From Escherichia phage UPEC01, in sequence record MW233709: a stretch of 64,000 nucleotides of DNA; one strand, given 5' to 3'. Below are positions 9,641 to 17,176 of this stretch, piece after piece (the stretch's first letter is position 1; the number at the start of each line of letters is the position of its first letter). Below the pieces are notes generated by a model that worked only from the letters and a program-made list of their open reading frames with translations, was not told the DNA's origin and ran no database searches. A program made the translations under genes and the position numbers.

Positions 9641-9689
9641 GATTCCATACTGAGTTACACAATAAACCAACTGTTAAAAGGAAAACCAT

Positions 9690-9992
9690 ATGTTTAATCA
9701 AACCGATATGAACCGTTACTATTTTGGTCAGTTCGCTCGCCGTGATGAAAACTGTGCTGCTCTTATCGCATCAGGCATTCAAACTGGTAAATTAATAAAG
9801 CTCAAAAGCGATGTTCAACCTTCATCTGTTCGCAGCTCTCTTCGTGAGTATCTGCTTGCAGGCGGGGCAGTATATGTTATCGCTGAACCTTTTGTTAACG
9901 TGTGCGACGATTACACAATTAGTGTGACTGTTATGCACCCAACTACTGGGAAAATTCGTTGTCTGACTATGCACAACTATGAGTTGGCGTAA
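9690..9992 (+). CDS. hypothetical protein (100 aa)
   Basis: ORF with AGGAAAA RBS. Confidence 0.55.
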   Translation: MFNQTDMNRYYFGQFARRDENCAALIASGIQTGKLIKLKSDVQPSSVRSSLREYLLAGGAVYVIAEPFVNVCDDYTISVTVMHPTTGKIRCLTMHNYELA

Positions 9993-10000
9993 GTGAATAA

Positions 10001-10021
10001 AGGGGCTTACAGCCCCTTTTT
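10001..10021 (+). terminator. intrinsic terminator hairpin
   Basis: aggggcttacagcccctttt. Confidence 0.6.
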
Positions 10022-10060
10022 CTTATGTTATAATGACTCTATCAACTACTGGAGAATAAA

Positions 10061-10378
10061 ATGAAAACCATTGATTGCAAGGCAGAATACAAAGTTTATT
10101 ATCATGGGTCAAGTTCTAATGCTGGAATCCAAAATATGCTTTGTCCTCCTGATGCAACTGGTGTTCTGTCAGAAGTTGGGCGTAAGAAAAATTTAGGGCG
10201 TGTGTTTTTTACTGAAGATATTGGTTTGGCGCGTATCTATGCAGGAAGAGCAGCTCGCTCATATGGAGGAGAACCCCGTCTTTATCGTGTGATTGCACCT
10301 GTTGACGTGGTTTGTTTAAATGATACTAAAGGCGCAACAGTTTATCACGCTGACTGGGCCTTCTGTGAGGAAATCTAA
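10061..10378 (+). CDS. hypothetical protein with HGS-like motif (candidate mini ADP-ribosyltransferase)
   Basis: 105 aa; KVYYHGSSSNAG resembles the H-G-S/T NAD-binding motif of H-Y-E class ARTs; assignment is speculative. Confidence 0.5.
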   Translation: MKTIDCKAEYKVYYHGSSSNAGIQNMLCPPDATGVLSEVGRKKNLGRVFFTEDIGLARIYAGRAARSYGGEPRLYRVIAPVDVVCLNDTKGATVYHADWAFCEEI

Positions 10379-10582
10379 ATGTATAAATTAGAGAACGTAG
10401 TATTTATTGGTTGGTTTGAAAATGGTAATATGTTTACCAAAGAAACCGCGCTGGATGTCAGTGACAAAAATATGATTGAATGGGTTACAGTGCAGTATGC
10501 GGAAGTGAATAATGCGCTGGTTAAAGCCTTTGTTAATGACAATAAAGTTTTTGAATATGATGCCCGCATTGAGGAAATCTAA
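10379..10582 (+). CDS. dmd: Dmd-like small protein (candidate antitoxin against RnlA/LsoA-type toxins)
   Basis: 67 aa, position between 41 and 61 as T4 dmd; GWF...MFTKE...YAEVN..ALVKAF recalled as Dmd-like; not database verified. Confidence 0.45.
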   Translation: MYKLENVVFIGWFENGNMFTKETALDVSDKNMIEWVTVQYAEVNNALVKAFVNDNKVFEYDARIEEI

Positions 10583-10924
10583 ATGACTTTTAATCCAGAA
10601 GACCGCGTAAAAGTAACAATCAAAGTGAGTGCCGTTGGCGTTCCATCTTTTGAGCGCTCAAGTATGTTCCATCCCGCAGGTATTCACTGGTATGTTCAGA
10701 AGACTGCTGATAACTATAATGCGCTGGTTGAAGCTTTTGTTGATGACAAGCTAATTCATAAAGTAGACATGCGTAAGGGTACTGCATTGCGTAATCTGAT
10801 TTTGACCGTTGAAGCGCAACTGGTAAATGAAGAAATCTGCCTTACTGATATTGAAGCAGCTCTTCATATTGCACGTGCTGAATATTACAAATTGACTGGT
10901 TTTTCAGTTGAAGGTGAAAAATAA
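10583..10924 (+). CDS. hypothetical protein, tandem paralog of the Dmd-like protein
   Basis: 113 aa; shares YNALVEAFVDDK/NNALVKAFVNDNK segment with preceding ORF. Confidence 0.55.
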   Translation: MTFNPEDRVKVTIKVSAVGVPSFERSSMFHPAGIHWYVQKTADNYNALVEAFVDDKLIHKVDMRKGTALRNLILTVEAQLVNEEICLTDIEAALHIARAEYYKLTGFSVEGEK

Positions 10925-10925
10925 G

Positions 10926-10956
10926 TGTACATCAAAGGGGTAATGCAGTATATTAT
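10926..10956 (+). promoter_or_regulatory. early-type promoter
   Basis: GTGTACA ... TATATTAT then leader CCTATCAACTACTGAGGAG. Confidence 0.45.
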
Positions 10957-10982
10957 CCCTATCAACTACTGAGGAGATTGAA

Positions 10983-11276
10983 ATGAAAAAGTTATTAATC
11001 GCAGCAATTCTTACCGTAGCATCATGTGGTACAGCCCCAGTTACTGCTGGGCTTGATAAAGACCTTTGTGAGTGGTCCATGACTGCGGACCAGACTGATG
11101 TTGAACACCAGATTTATGCTGACATCATGAACATTACTAAACGTGACCACCCAGATATGGTTAAAGAAGTATCTGACCAACTGGCTTCTGGTGACGTTAT
11201 GCAGTATAACTATGTTCTGTATTGCGATGCTTCATTTGACAACAGCAAGATTGTTCAATGGGTTACAGGTGAATAA
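10983..11276 (+). CDS. secreted/lipoprotein, spackle (Sp)-like by position and size
   Basis: 97 aa with signal peptide MKKLLIAAILTVASCG; T4 sp sits between dmd and 61 and is 97 aa. Confidence 0.45.
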   Translation: MKKLLIAAILTVASCGTAPVTAGLDKDLCEWSMTADQTDVEHQIYADIMNITKRDHPDMVKEVSDQLASGDVMQYNYVLYCDASFDNSKIVQWVTGE

Positions 11277-11277
11277 A

Positions 11278-11718
11278 ATGATTAACAGAAATTTAGTTAT
11301 CAAAAAACTTCGTTGTAAAAATCAAAATGCACAAGCATACAGGATGTTTTGGAGCGACGAACCCATTCAATACCTGGGTTATTTTCTTGTTGATAGTGAT
11401 AATAGAATTACGTTTGCTCATAAACTTCTTAACAAAGAATTAAACCATTGGCAAGAACTTATTGCGGTCAAGTCTAAATTATTTTCGCGCAATACAATGC
11501 ACCAATTGGTTTATTTTTTCGCTGACGGTATTCCTGACAAGGTTGAGTTTGATGGGTTTGAATTTAAAGACATCACCCCTGATAATGAATTGAATGACAG
11601 TATTGTTAATATGGGTATCCCGGGTAAGTACATCAAAAACAGTCTTTTGAAACTTCTGGAAACCCCTGTATATTCAGTTGACGACCAGATTTTTAATGCC
11701 TTCATGAAGCGAGATTAG
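11278..11718 (+). CDS. hypothetical protein (146 aa)
   Basis: Start ATG 11278 (MINRNLVIKK) chosen over track start 11143, which overlaps previous gene in another frame. Confidence 0.5.
   Translation: MINRNLVIKKLRCKNQNAQAYRMFWSDEPIQYLGYFLVDSDNRITFAHKLLNKELNHWQELIAVKSKLFSRNTMHQLVYFFADGIPDKVEFDGFEFKDITPDNELNDSIVNMGIPGKYIKNSLLKLLETPVYSVDDQIFNAFMKRD
11677..11713 (+). repeat. 37-bp direct repeat copy 1 (encodes VDDQIFNAFMKR tail)
   Basis: gttgacgaccagatttttaatgccttcatgaagcgag, identical to 12032-12068. Confidence 0.9.
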
Positions 11719-11719
11719 T

Positions 11720-12073
11720 ATGAGTTATTATAATTTTCTGAATTTTGAACTGGCGAGCAATAATGATGGTAATGCTCATTATGAATTTCGTGAGCCACGG
11801 TTTAATCAAGCGATTGGTTATATTATCGTCAAAGATGATGTTATCATAAAGGCTCGCTCATTTATGGTAATGAATGGACCTTATGAAGATACTCGCGGCT
11901 ATCCATTTGATAAAAAGAATGTGCGCGATTGTGCAGCATGGATAACCGGAAACCCCGAAATTGGGGTCATGATATCTACTGAAGCGAATGACATTCTGGA
12001 AGGGGCTTGGGTCAAAGCTCAAGAACAGTCTGTTGACGACCAGATTTTTAATGCCTTCATGAAGCGAGGTTAA
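11720..12073 (+). CDS. hypothetical protein (117 aa)
   Basis: ORF; C-terminal 13 aa identical to that of the preceding ORF. Confidence 0.5.
   Translation: MSYYNFLNFELASNNDGNAHYEFREPRFNQAIGYIIVKDDVIIKARSFMVMNGPYEDTRGYPFDKKNVRDCAAWITGNPEIGVMISTEANDILEGAWVKAQEQSVDDQIFNAFMKRG
12032..12068 (+). repeat. 37-bp direct repeat copy 2
   Basis: identical to 11677-11713. Confidence 0.9.
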
Positions 12074-12074
12074 T

Positions 12075-12296
12075 ATGTTTGTTTTGACCCAATTCTCTAA
12101 AGCAATATATAGTTACTCTTGCCAGTGGGAAGTCTTTATTGATACGCCGTCTCCCAAGTATGGAGTTTTTGGACGAGTAACTACTCAAGCTTATGTTGCG
12201 CGACCGACTAAACGTCAGATTCGTAAACTTAAAAAGGCACATCGTCAACTGATTAAAAGAAGGGAACAATATGAGTGCAATGTGTACGGGCTCTAA
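12075..12296 (+). CDS. hypothetical protein (73 aa), basic C-terminus
   Basis: ORF with lysine/arginine-rich tail (RQIRKLKKAHRQLIKRR). Confidence 0.45.
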   Translation: MFVLTQFSKAIYSYSCQWEVFIDTPSPKYGVFGRVTTQAYVARPTKRQIRKLKKAHRQLIKRREQYECNVYGL

Positions 12297-12462
12297 GATT
12301 TCCGTCTTCCAGATTTTTGAAGAATATGAAATCGTGTCGCAAGACCAAGAAGCAATCCATGCTATCGCTGATGATGGGGTTACCTGGATTATTCCGTTGT
12401 ATCATGAAGACACTTATGAAGTGACTGATGCAAATGGTGATAAAGCTATCTTCGTTGTATAA
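12271..12462 (+). CDS. hypothetical protein (63 aa)
   Basis: ORF overlapping previous by 26 nt. Confidence 0.4.
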   Translation: MSAMCTGSKISVFQIFEEYEIVSQDQEAIHAIADDGVTWIIPLYHEDTYEVTDANGDKAIFVV

Positions 12463-12465
12463 ATA
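12458..12465 (+). promoter_or_regulatory. late promoter TATAAATA
   Basis: Exact T4 late -10 consensus 18 nt upstream of ORF 12483. Confidence 0.5.
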
Positions 12466-12482
12466 GCGGAAAGGGGGGTGTT

Positions 12483-12650
12483 ATGAAAACATTCAAAGAT
12501 TTTATCAACGAAGATATGGTTGCTGGTGATGCAGGTGGAAACCCAACTAATATCGCAACAGGTACCACTTCCGGGGCAGTTGTCAATAAAGGCCCTGAAC
12601 AAATCCCATCAAAAAAGCGTAAGAACAAAGACGATAAACCTACAGTATAA
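12483..12650 (+). CDS. hypothetical protein (55 aa)
   Basis: ORF with strong RBS AAGGGGGG. Confidence 0.4.
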   Translation: MKTFKDFINEDMVAGDAGGNPTNIATGTTSGAVVNKGPEQIPSKKRKNKDDKPTV

Positions 12651-12682
12651 TGGTCCTCCGGGACCATTGAAATGAGGAAACT

Positions 12683-13711
12683 ATGTCATATATTGATAGA
12701 GAATTTGCAGTCAGAGCTTTATCGTATCAACCACGTTATAGAGAAGTCACCGGGAGCACATTTAAAGCAAACTGTCGTTGCAAGGTTTGTGGGGACTCCC
12801 AGAAAGATTCACACAAGGCTCGATTCTGGGCGTATACTAATCCGGCCGATGGCGCGGTTTACGTGAAATGTTTTAACTGTGACTACTCCACGCATATAAG
12901 CAAATACATAAAAGAGTTTGAGCCGGATTTACACCGGGAATATATGGTTGAGAAGTATAAGGAGAATGCCTTTGGGCGACAACGCAATGAAGTCATTGAA
13001 ACTCCGAAAGAACCAGAAAAAACTCCGGTTATCGAACAGCTTGCTTTTTGTGAAAGACTCGATACTTTACCAGAAGCACATCCGATAATTAAGTATGTAA
13101 AAAGTCGATGTATTCCAAGCAATGTTTGGAATCGACTATGGTTTACAAACCAATGGCCCACATTAGTTAACTCCGTTAATCCTGGGACGTATAAGAATGA
13201 AACGAATGAACCACGCTTGGTTATTCCTATCTTCAACGGCAAAAAAGAAATCGAATCTTTCCAAGGACGAGCTCTTCGCAAAGATGCACCACAAAAATAT
13301 ATCACAATCAAAGCTCACCCAGAAGCTTCCAAAGTCTATGGCGTAGACAAGATTGATGAGCGTAAACGCGTATGGGTAATGGAAGGTCCGATTGATAGTT
13401 TGTTTATCCCTAACAGCATTGCGATAACTGGTGGAACATTGTCATTGGAAGCCGTTCCTTATCCAGAAACCAGAGTATGGGTAATGGACAACGAACCAAG
13501 ACATCCGGATACGATTAAACGTATGAAGAAGCTCGTTGAAGCTGGCGAAGCTGTTATGTTCTGGGACAATGCACCATGGCATACGAAAGACATAAATGAG
13601 ATGGTTAAATCAGAAGGAGCAACCCCTGAACAAATCGAATCATATATGGCTGATAACGTTGCCCAAGGATTGATGGCGAGAATGCGACTTTCGAAGTACG
13701 CAAAAGTTTAG
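12683..13711 (+). CDS. 61: DNA primase gp61
   Basis: 342 aa, zinc-binding CxxC...CxNC N-terminus, TOPRIM region, strong similarity to T4 gp61 (PIIKYVK.RCIP, DNEPRHPDTIKRM). Confidence 0.93.
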   Translation: MSYIDREFAVRALSYQPRYREVTGSTFKANCRCKVCGDSQKDSHKARFWAYTNPADGAVYVKCFNCDYSTHISKYIKEFEPDLHREYMVEKYKENAFGRQRNEVIETPKEPEKTPVIEQLAFCERLDTLPEAHPIIKYVKSRCIPSNVWNRLWFTNQWPTLVNSVNPGTYKNETNEPRLVIPIFNGKKEIESFQGRALRKDAPQKYITIKAHPEASKVYGVDKIDERKRVWVMEGPIDSLFIPNSIAITGGTLSLEAVPYPETRVWVMDNEPRHPDTIKRMKKLVEAGEAVMFWDNAPWHTKDINEMVKSEGATPEQIESYMADNVAQGLMARMRLSKYAKV

Positions 13712-13908
13712 GAAGGGATTCCGGTAAAGTAACCAATAATAGAATGGATATGTTCCATTGTGACCTGAGGTAAGTGCACCCCTTGTGTTGCGGCGATGGG
13801 TACAACCAGTAAGTTCCACAGGAAAACATCAAGAGCTAAAAAGCCCATGATGAGCTTCTTGTCTTTCTTACTGGTTAATTTCCAAATCTGATAGAATAAT
13901 GTTCCCAT
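13708..13908 (-). CDS. small membrane protein (66 aa), paralog B
   Basis: Minus-strand ORF with GGTGG RBS; one hydrophobic helix; paralogous to 13917-14114. Confidence 0.5.
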   Translation of the reverse strand: MGTLFYQIWKLTSKKDKKLIMGFLALDVFLWNLLVVPIAATQGVHLPQVTMEHIHSIIGYFTGIPS

Positions 13909-13916
13909 AGTTCCAC

Positions 13917-14114
13917 CTATATAAGGCCGATTAATGCCAGTGAAACATCTACAACTGATTCGAGCGCGACGACTGGTAATATAACACCATGTGCCAATGC
14001 AATAGGGGCAACAATGAAATTCCAGAGTAGAACTAAACAGAGTACCGAAAGGACCAGAATCGTTCGCTTACGACTGCCTTTGATGGCTTGAATTAGACTA
14101 GATAGTTTTAGCAT
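13917..14114 (-). CDS. small membrane protein (65 aa), paralog A
   Basis: Minus-strand ORF with strong AGGAGG RBS; motif LWNFIVAPIALAHGVILPVV shared with neighbour. Confidence 0.55.
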   Translation of the reverse strand: MLKLSSLIQAIKGSRKRTILVLSVLCLVLLWNFIVAPIALAHGVILPVVALESVVDVSLALIGLI

Positions 14115-14198
14115 ACATCCTCCTTTCTTGTATTTATGCTTTAAACCAATACGATATAATTAACATACAAACAACATGAATTGATAAGGAAAAATATA

Positions 14199-14717
14199 AT
14201 GGCACATTTTAACGAATGTTCTCAACTGATTGCTGGTGTTGATAAAGCTCAAGGCGCTTATGATAATGCAATTTTTGAAGGCACTGACCCACTGCAAATT
14301 ATGCTTGATATGCAGAAATCGTTGCAGGTTCGTCTGGCTAAAGAAAAACCAGAATATAACGAACATCCTGATAACCTGGCGACTGCTGGTGAAGTTGTTA
14401 CCTGGCTCCGCAACCAGAAAGATTATATTGATGATGAATTCCGTGAACTGATTACTGCATTAGGTGGCATGTCCAATGGCGAGAAAGCTGCCTCGGCCGT
14501 ATGGAAGCCTTGGAAAGCACAACATGGCGAAATGCAGCAAACCCTAATTAATGATTTATCTCCTGAAGACCAGCTCGAAATTAAATTTGAGATGATTGAT
14601 ATCCTGCACTTTGTTCTGAATATGTTCCATGGCCTTGGACTGACTGCAGAAGAAATCTTTAAATTGTATTACCTGAAAAATGCTGAGAACTTTGCTCGTC
14701 AAGACCGAGGTTATTAA
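14199..14717 (+). CDS. 56: dCTP pyrophosphatase gp56 (MazG-like dCTPase/dUTPase)
   Basis: 172 aa; MAHFNEC...EIFKLYYLKNAENFARQDRGY strongly T4 gp56-like; track start 14181 is a TTG. Confidence 0.85.
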   Translation: MAHFNECSQLIAGVDKAQGAYDNAIFEGTDPLQIMLDMQKSLQVRLAKEKPEYNEHPDNLATAGEVVTWLRNQKDYIDDEFRELITALGGMSNGEKAASAVWKPWKAQHGEMQQTLINDLSPEDQLEIKFEMIDILHFVLNMFHGLGLTAEEIFKLYYLKNAENFARQDRGY

Positions 14718-14998
14718 TGGCTCGTTTAAATAAACGTCAGCTTAAGAAAGCTCGCAAGAAATATATTAACGATATAATTGAAAATGTTAATACCGAAATC
14801 TTCGTAGAACTCTTATCTAATCAACTAAAACATTTATCTAAACATGAAATTGATATGAATACTGAAAATGCTAAAAATGTAATTGAAACTCATAATGCTT
14901 TTGCTAATGCAACAGCAGAATGGATGGCGAATCCTACTGCTGAAAATCTAGCTAAAATGACTGAAGCCAATAAAGCAGTTCAAGCCATCAAATTGTAA
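14717..14998 (+). CDS. hypothetical protein (93 aa)
   Basis: ORF overlapping gp56 stop (TAATG). Confidence 0.5.
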   Translation: MARLNKRQLKKARKKYINDIIENVNTEIFVELLSNQLKHLSKHEIDMNTENAKNVIETHNAFANATAEWMANPTAENLAKMTEANKAVQAIKL

Positions 14999-15000
14999 GT

Positions 15001-15008
15001 TATAAATA
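15001..15008 (+). promoter_or_regulatory. late promoter TATAAATA (soc)
   Basis: Exact consensus ~30 nt upstream of soc ATG. Confidence 0.6.
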
Positions 15009-15039
15009 CACCTGTAATTAAACAACAAAGGAGTTAATT

Positions 15040-15273
15040 ATGGGTGGTTTCGTTAATATCAAAACCTTTACGCATCCAGCTGGTGAAGGTAAAGAAGTTA
15101 AAGGTGTTGAAGTATCTGTTCCGTTTGAAATCTATTCAAATGAGCACCGTATTGCCAATGCTCATTATCAGACTTTTCCTTCCGAAAAGGCCGCTTATGT
15201 CACCGTAGCGTCTAGTGCAGCTGATTGGCGAACTAAGAACGCGGCGATGTTTACGCCTACCCCAGTAGTTTAA
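15040..15273 (+). CDS. soc: small outer capsid protein Soc
   Basis: 77 aa; GYVNIKTF...HYQTFPSEKAAY matches T4 Soc. Confidence 0.85.
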   Translation: MGGFVNIKTFTHPAGEGKEVKGVEVSVPFEIYSNEHRIANAHYQTFPSEKAAYVTVASSAADWRTKNAAMFTPTPVV

Positions 15274-15277
15274 TTAT

Positions 15278-15301
15278 AGGGAACCTTCGGGTTCCCTTTT
15301 T
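15278..15301 (+). terminator. intrinsic terminator hairpin
   Basis: agggaaccttcgggttcccttttt after soc. Confidence 0.65.
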
Positions 15302-15324
15302 GCTTTTAATAGAAGCGGTATAAT
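15298..15324 (+). promoter_or_regulatory. candidate middle promoter (MotA-box-like TTGCTTTTA + TATAAT)
   Basis: TGCTT 13 nt upstream of TATAAT, immediately after terminator. Confidence 0.4.
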
Positions 15325-15349
15325 TATTTCAATTACAGAGGAGAATACT

Positions 15350-15547
15350 ATGTTAAACCGTTGGATTAAACCAAATAAAACTTTAGATGAAGTTATTGCC
15401 CATGATGTCCATTTTAAGTATGGTCTGGGTGTGTTTGATGAGGTTGTCGTACATTCATTCATGATGCACGATGATGATTCTTTAGAATTCAATATTGAAA
15501 TCCGTTGTGATGATGGTAAAGTTGAATTTAAACGAGGTTTTCTATGA
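15350..15547 (+). CDS. hypothetical protein (65 aa)
   Basis: ORF with GAGGAG RBS. Confidence 0.45.
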   Translation: MLNRWIKPNKTLDEVIAHDVHFKYGLGVFDEVVVHSFMMHDDDSLEFNIEIRCDDGKVEFKRGFL

Positions 15548-15885
15548 TTAGTTGGCTCAAGAATTTATTCAAGACCAAACCGAATGAAGGTGTGGTTCCC
15601 GTTAGCCTACCGGATGTTAAGCTAAGAGAATATGTTTACATGGGCGATGGCATGATGGAAGAAGTGGTCAAATCAAAATCAAAAGACCTATATTCTACAA
15701 TGTCAGAAGAAGACTTACAAAAACGTTTAACTCGACTGCAAGAACAAAGAGCTCAAGCCCAAAGCAGTATCGATACTACTTCGATTGTGGTTACCGCTGC
15801 TGCAGTTAGTTCGTGGACTGGTGATTCGTCTTATTCCTCCTATGATTCAGGAAGCTGCGATTCGTCTTCCAGCTCGTGTGATTAA
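15544..15885 (+). CDS. hypothetical protein with Ser/Cys-rich C-terminal tail
   Basis: 113 aa ending SSYSSYDSGSCDSSSSSCD. Confidence 0.5.
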   Translation: MISWLKNLFKTKPNEGVVPVSLPDVKLREYVYMGDGMMEEVVKSKSKDLYSTMSEEDLQKRLTRLQEQRAQAQSSIDTTSIVVTAAAVSSWTGDSSYSSYDSGSCDSSSSSCD

Positions 15886-16080
15886 ATGAGAATTACAAGT
15901 TGGCTTAAAGATTGGTTGGTTACTCCAGGGATTGATGATTCCTGGGTGGCCAGAGCCGAGGAAGAAATGCAGCGCGAAGCTGAAGAATGGGCTGCTACAG
16001 GGCTTAAAGCTATGCAGGAAAAGAAGACCGAACGAGCTGCGCTTAAACTGATGCGTGATATCTACGGAGATAAATCATGA
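15886..16080 (+). CDS. hypothetical protein (64 aa)
   Basis: ORF, TAAATG overlap. Confidence 0.45.
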   Translation: MRITSWLKDWLVTPGIDDSWVARAEEEMQREAEEWAATGLKAMQEKKTERAALKLMRDIYGDKS

Positions 16081-16226
16081 CACAAGAAGAAGCTGAACGC
16101 CGGGCAAAAGAAGCACTGGATTTGCTTTTGAAAATTGGCAGTAAAATGATGGAAGAAAATGAAAAGTACATCAAGGAAAATAAAGTTCCTGATGGTCCAT
16201 TAGTTGGTAAGAGGAAAACATTATGA
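16077..16226 (+). CDS. hypothetical protein (49 aa)
   Basis: ATGA-coupled small ORF. Confidence 0.3.
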   Translation: MTQEEAERRAKEALDLLLKIGSKMMEENEKYIKENKVPDGPLVGKRKTL

Positions 16227-16711
16227 AAGTATATGAATTAGAATTCTATGTCCGTGATTCTGCTGGGCAAACACGACCTTACGATGCAACAGCCTGTCTT
16301 ATCTTTGCATATAATGGCATGGATTCGGTTACTGAGTTGGAAACAAAATTAATGAACCTGACGATGCCAGAAAACGTTATGCTGAAGGTATTTCATAGAA
16401 AAAACGTTAATGTGGCTGAAGGGTGTCCGTTTACTGTTTCCGAAGCTCTGCATATCAAAGGCTATCGTCACCCGGACCCATATGCAGAAGGTACTGCGGA
16501 TATTTTCTATAAAGATAGAGATAAAATGGCCACTGAACGTCTCCAAGGTCGCACATATCTGATTTCCACTACCGACGACCTTGCTGAAGTTGAACGTCAG
16601 ATTTGGAAGCACTTTGATATCGGCTTGCGCTTTACTTTAACAGAAGAAGCTATTCAAGATACTAAAATGCGTGCTCGTATGTATGGTTACGGTCCTATCG
16701 GTGGCTACTAA
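16223..16711 (+). CDS. hypothetical protein (162 aa; occupies T4 mrh position)
   Basis: ORF with GAGGAAAA RBS; size and position match T4 mrh but sequence not verified. Confidence 0.5.
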   Translation: MKVYELEFYVRDSAGQTRPYDATACLIFAYNGMDSVTELETKLMNLTMPENVMLKVFHRKNVNVAEGCPFTVSEALHIKGYRHPDPYAEGTADIFYKDRDKMATERLQGRTYLISTTDDLAEVERQIWKHFDIGLRFTLTEEAIQDTKMRARMYGYGPIGGY

Positions 16712-16890
16712 TGGATTTATTTGAACTTTTTGAAGAGCCTAAAGCTCCTACGGAAGCCCGTGTGGACCTAGTTGACGAACTTGATGCGATTATACAGAAG
16801 CACGGTTTTAGTCTCCCAATGGAAGTTCTGCGCGACCTGGCCTCATATTACGACGACCCACCTCCATGGGCACCGTGGGTGAAACAATGA
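16711..16890 (+). CDS. hypothetical protein (59 aa)
   Basis: TAATG-coupled ORF. Confidence 0.35.
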   Translation: MDLFELFEEPKAPTEARVDLVDELDAIIQKHGFSLPMEVLRDLASYYDDPPPWAPWVKQ

Positions 16891-17120
16891 ACTGGTTAAC
16901 AAATATCCCTACATCGGCGCTGGATATCGACCGGAAATACGCTCATAAGGAAGTCGAGCAACAAAAAATTAATCGCTTGCAAAGGCTTAAGACTGAATCC
17001 GAGACAATTAAAGTCGAAACCCCGATAAAATCGAAAAGTTCTTACTCATCATATCAATCTCCTATTGGCATGGCCACAGACATCGCTATCTTCGGCGTCC
17101 CACTTGGAGTATTTAAGTAG
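16887..17120 (+). CDS. hypothetical protein (77 aa)
   Basis: ATGA-coupled start (MNWLTN) preferred over track start 16866. Confidence 0.4.
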   Translation: MNWLTNIPTSALDIDRKYAHKEVEQQKINRLQRLKTESETIKVETPIKSKSSYSSYQSPIGMATDIAIFGVPLGVFK

Positions 17121-17176
17121 TTTACTTACTTCCCTCCTAATGACATAATGGTCTTTCTTACAACAGAGAGGCCATT

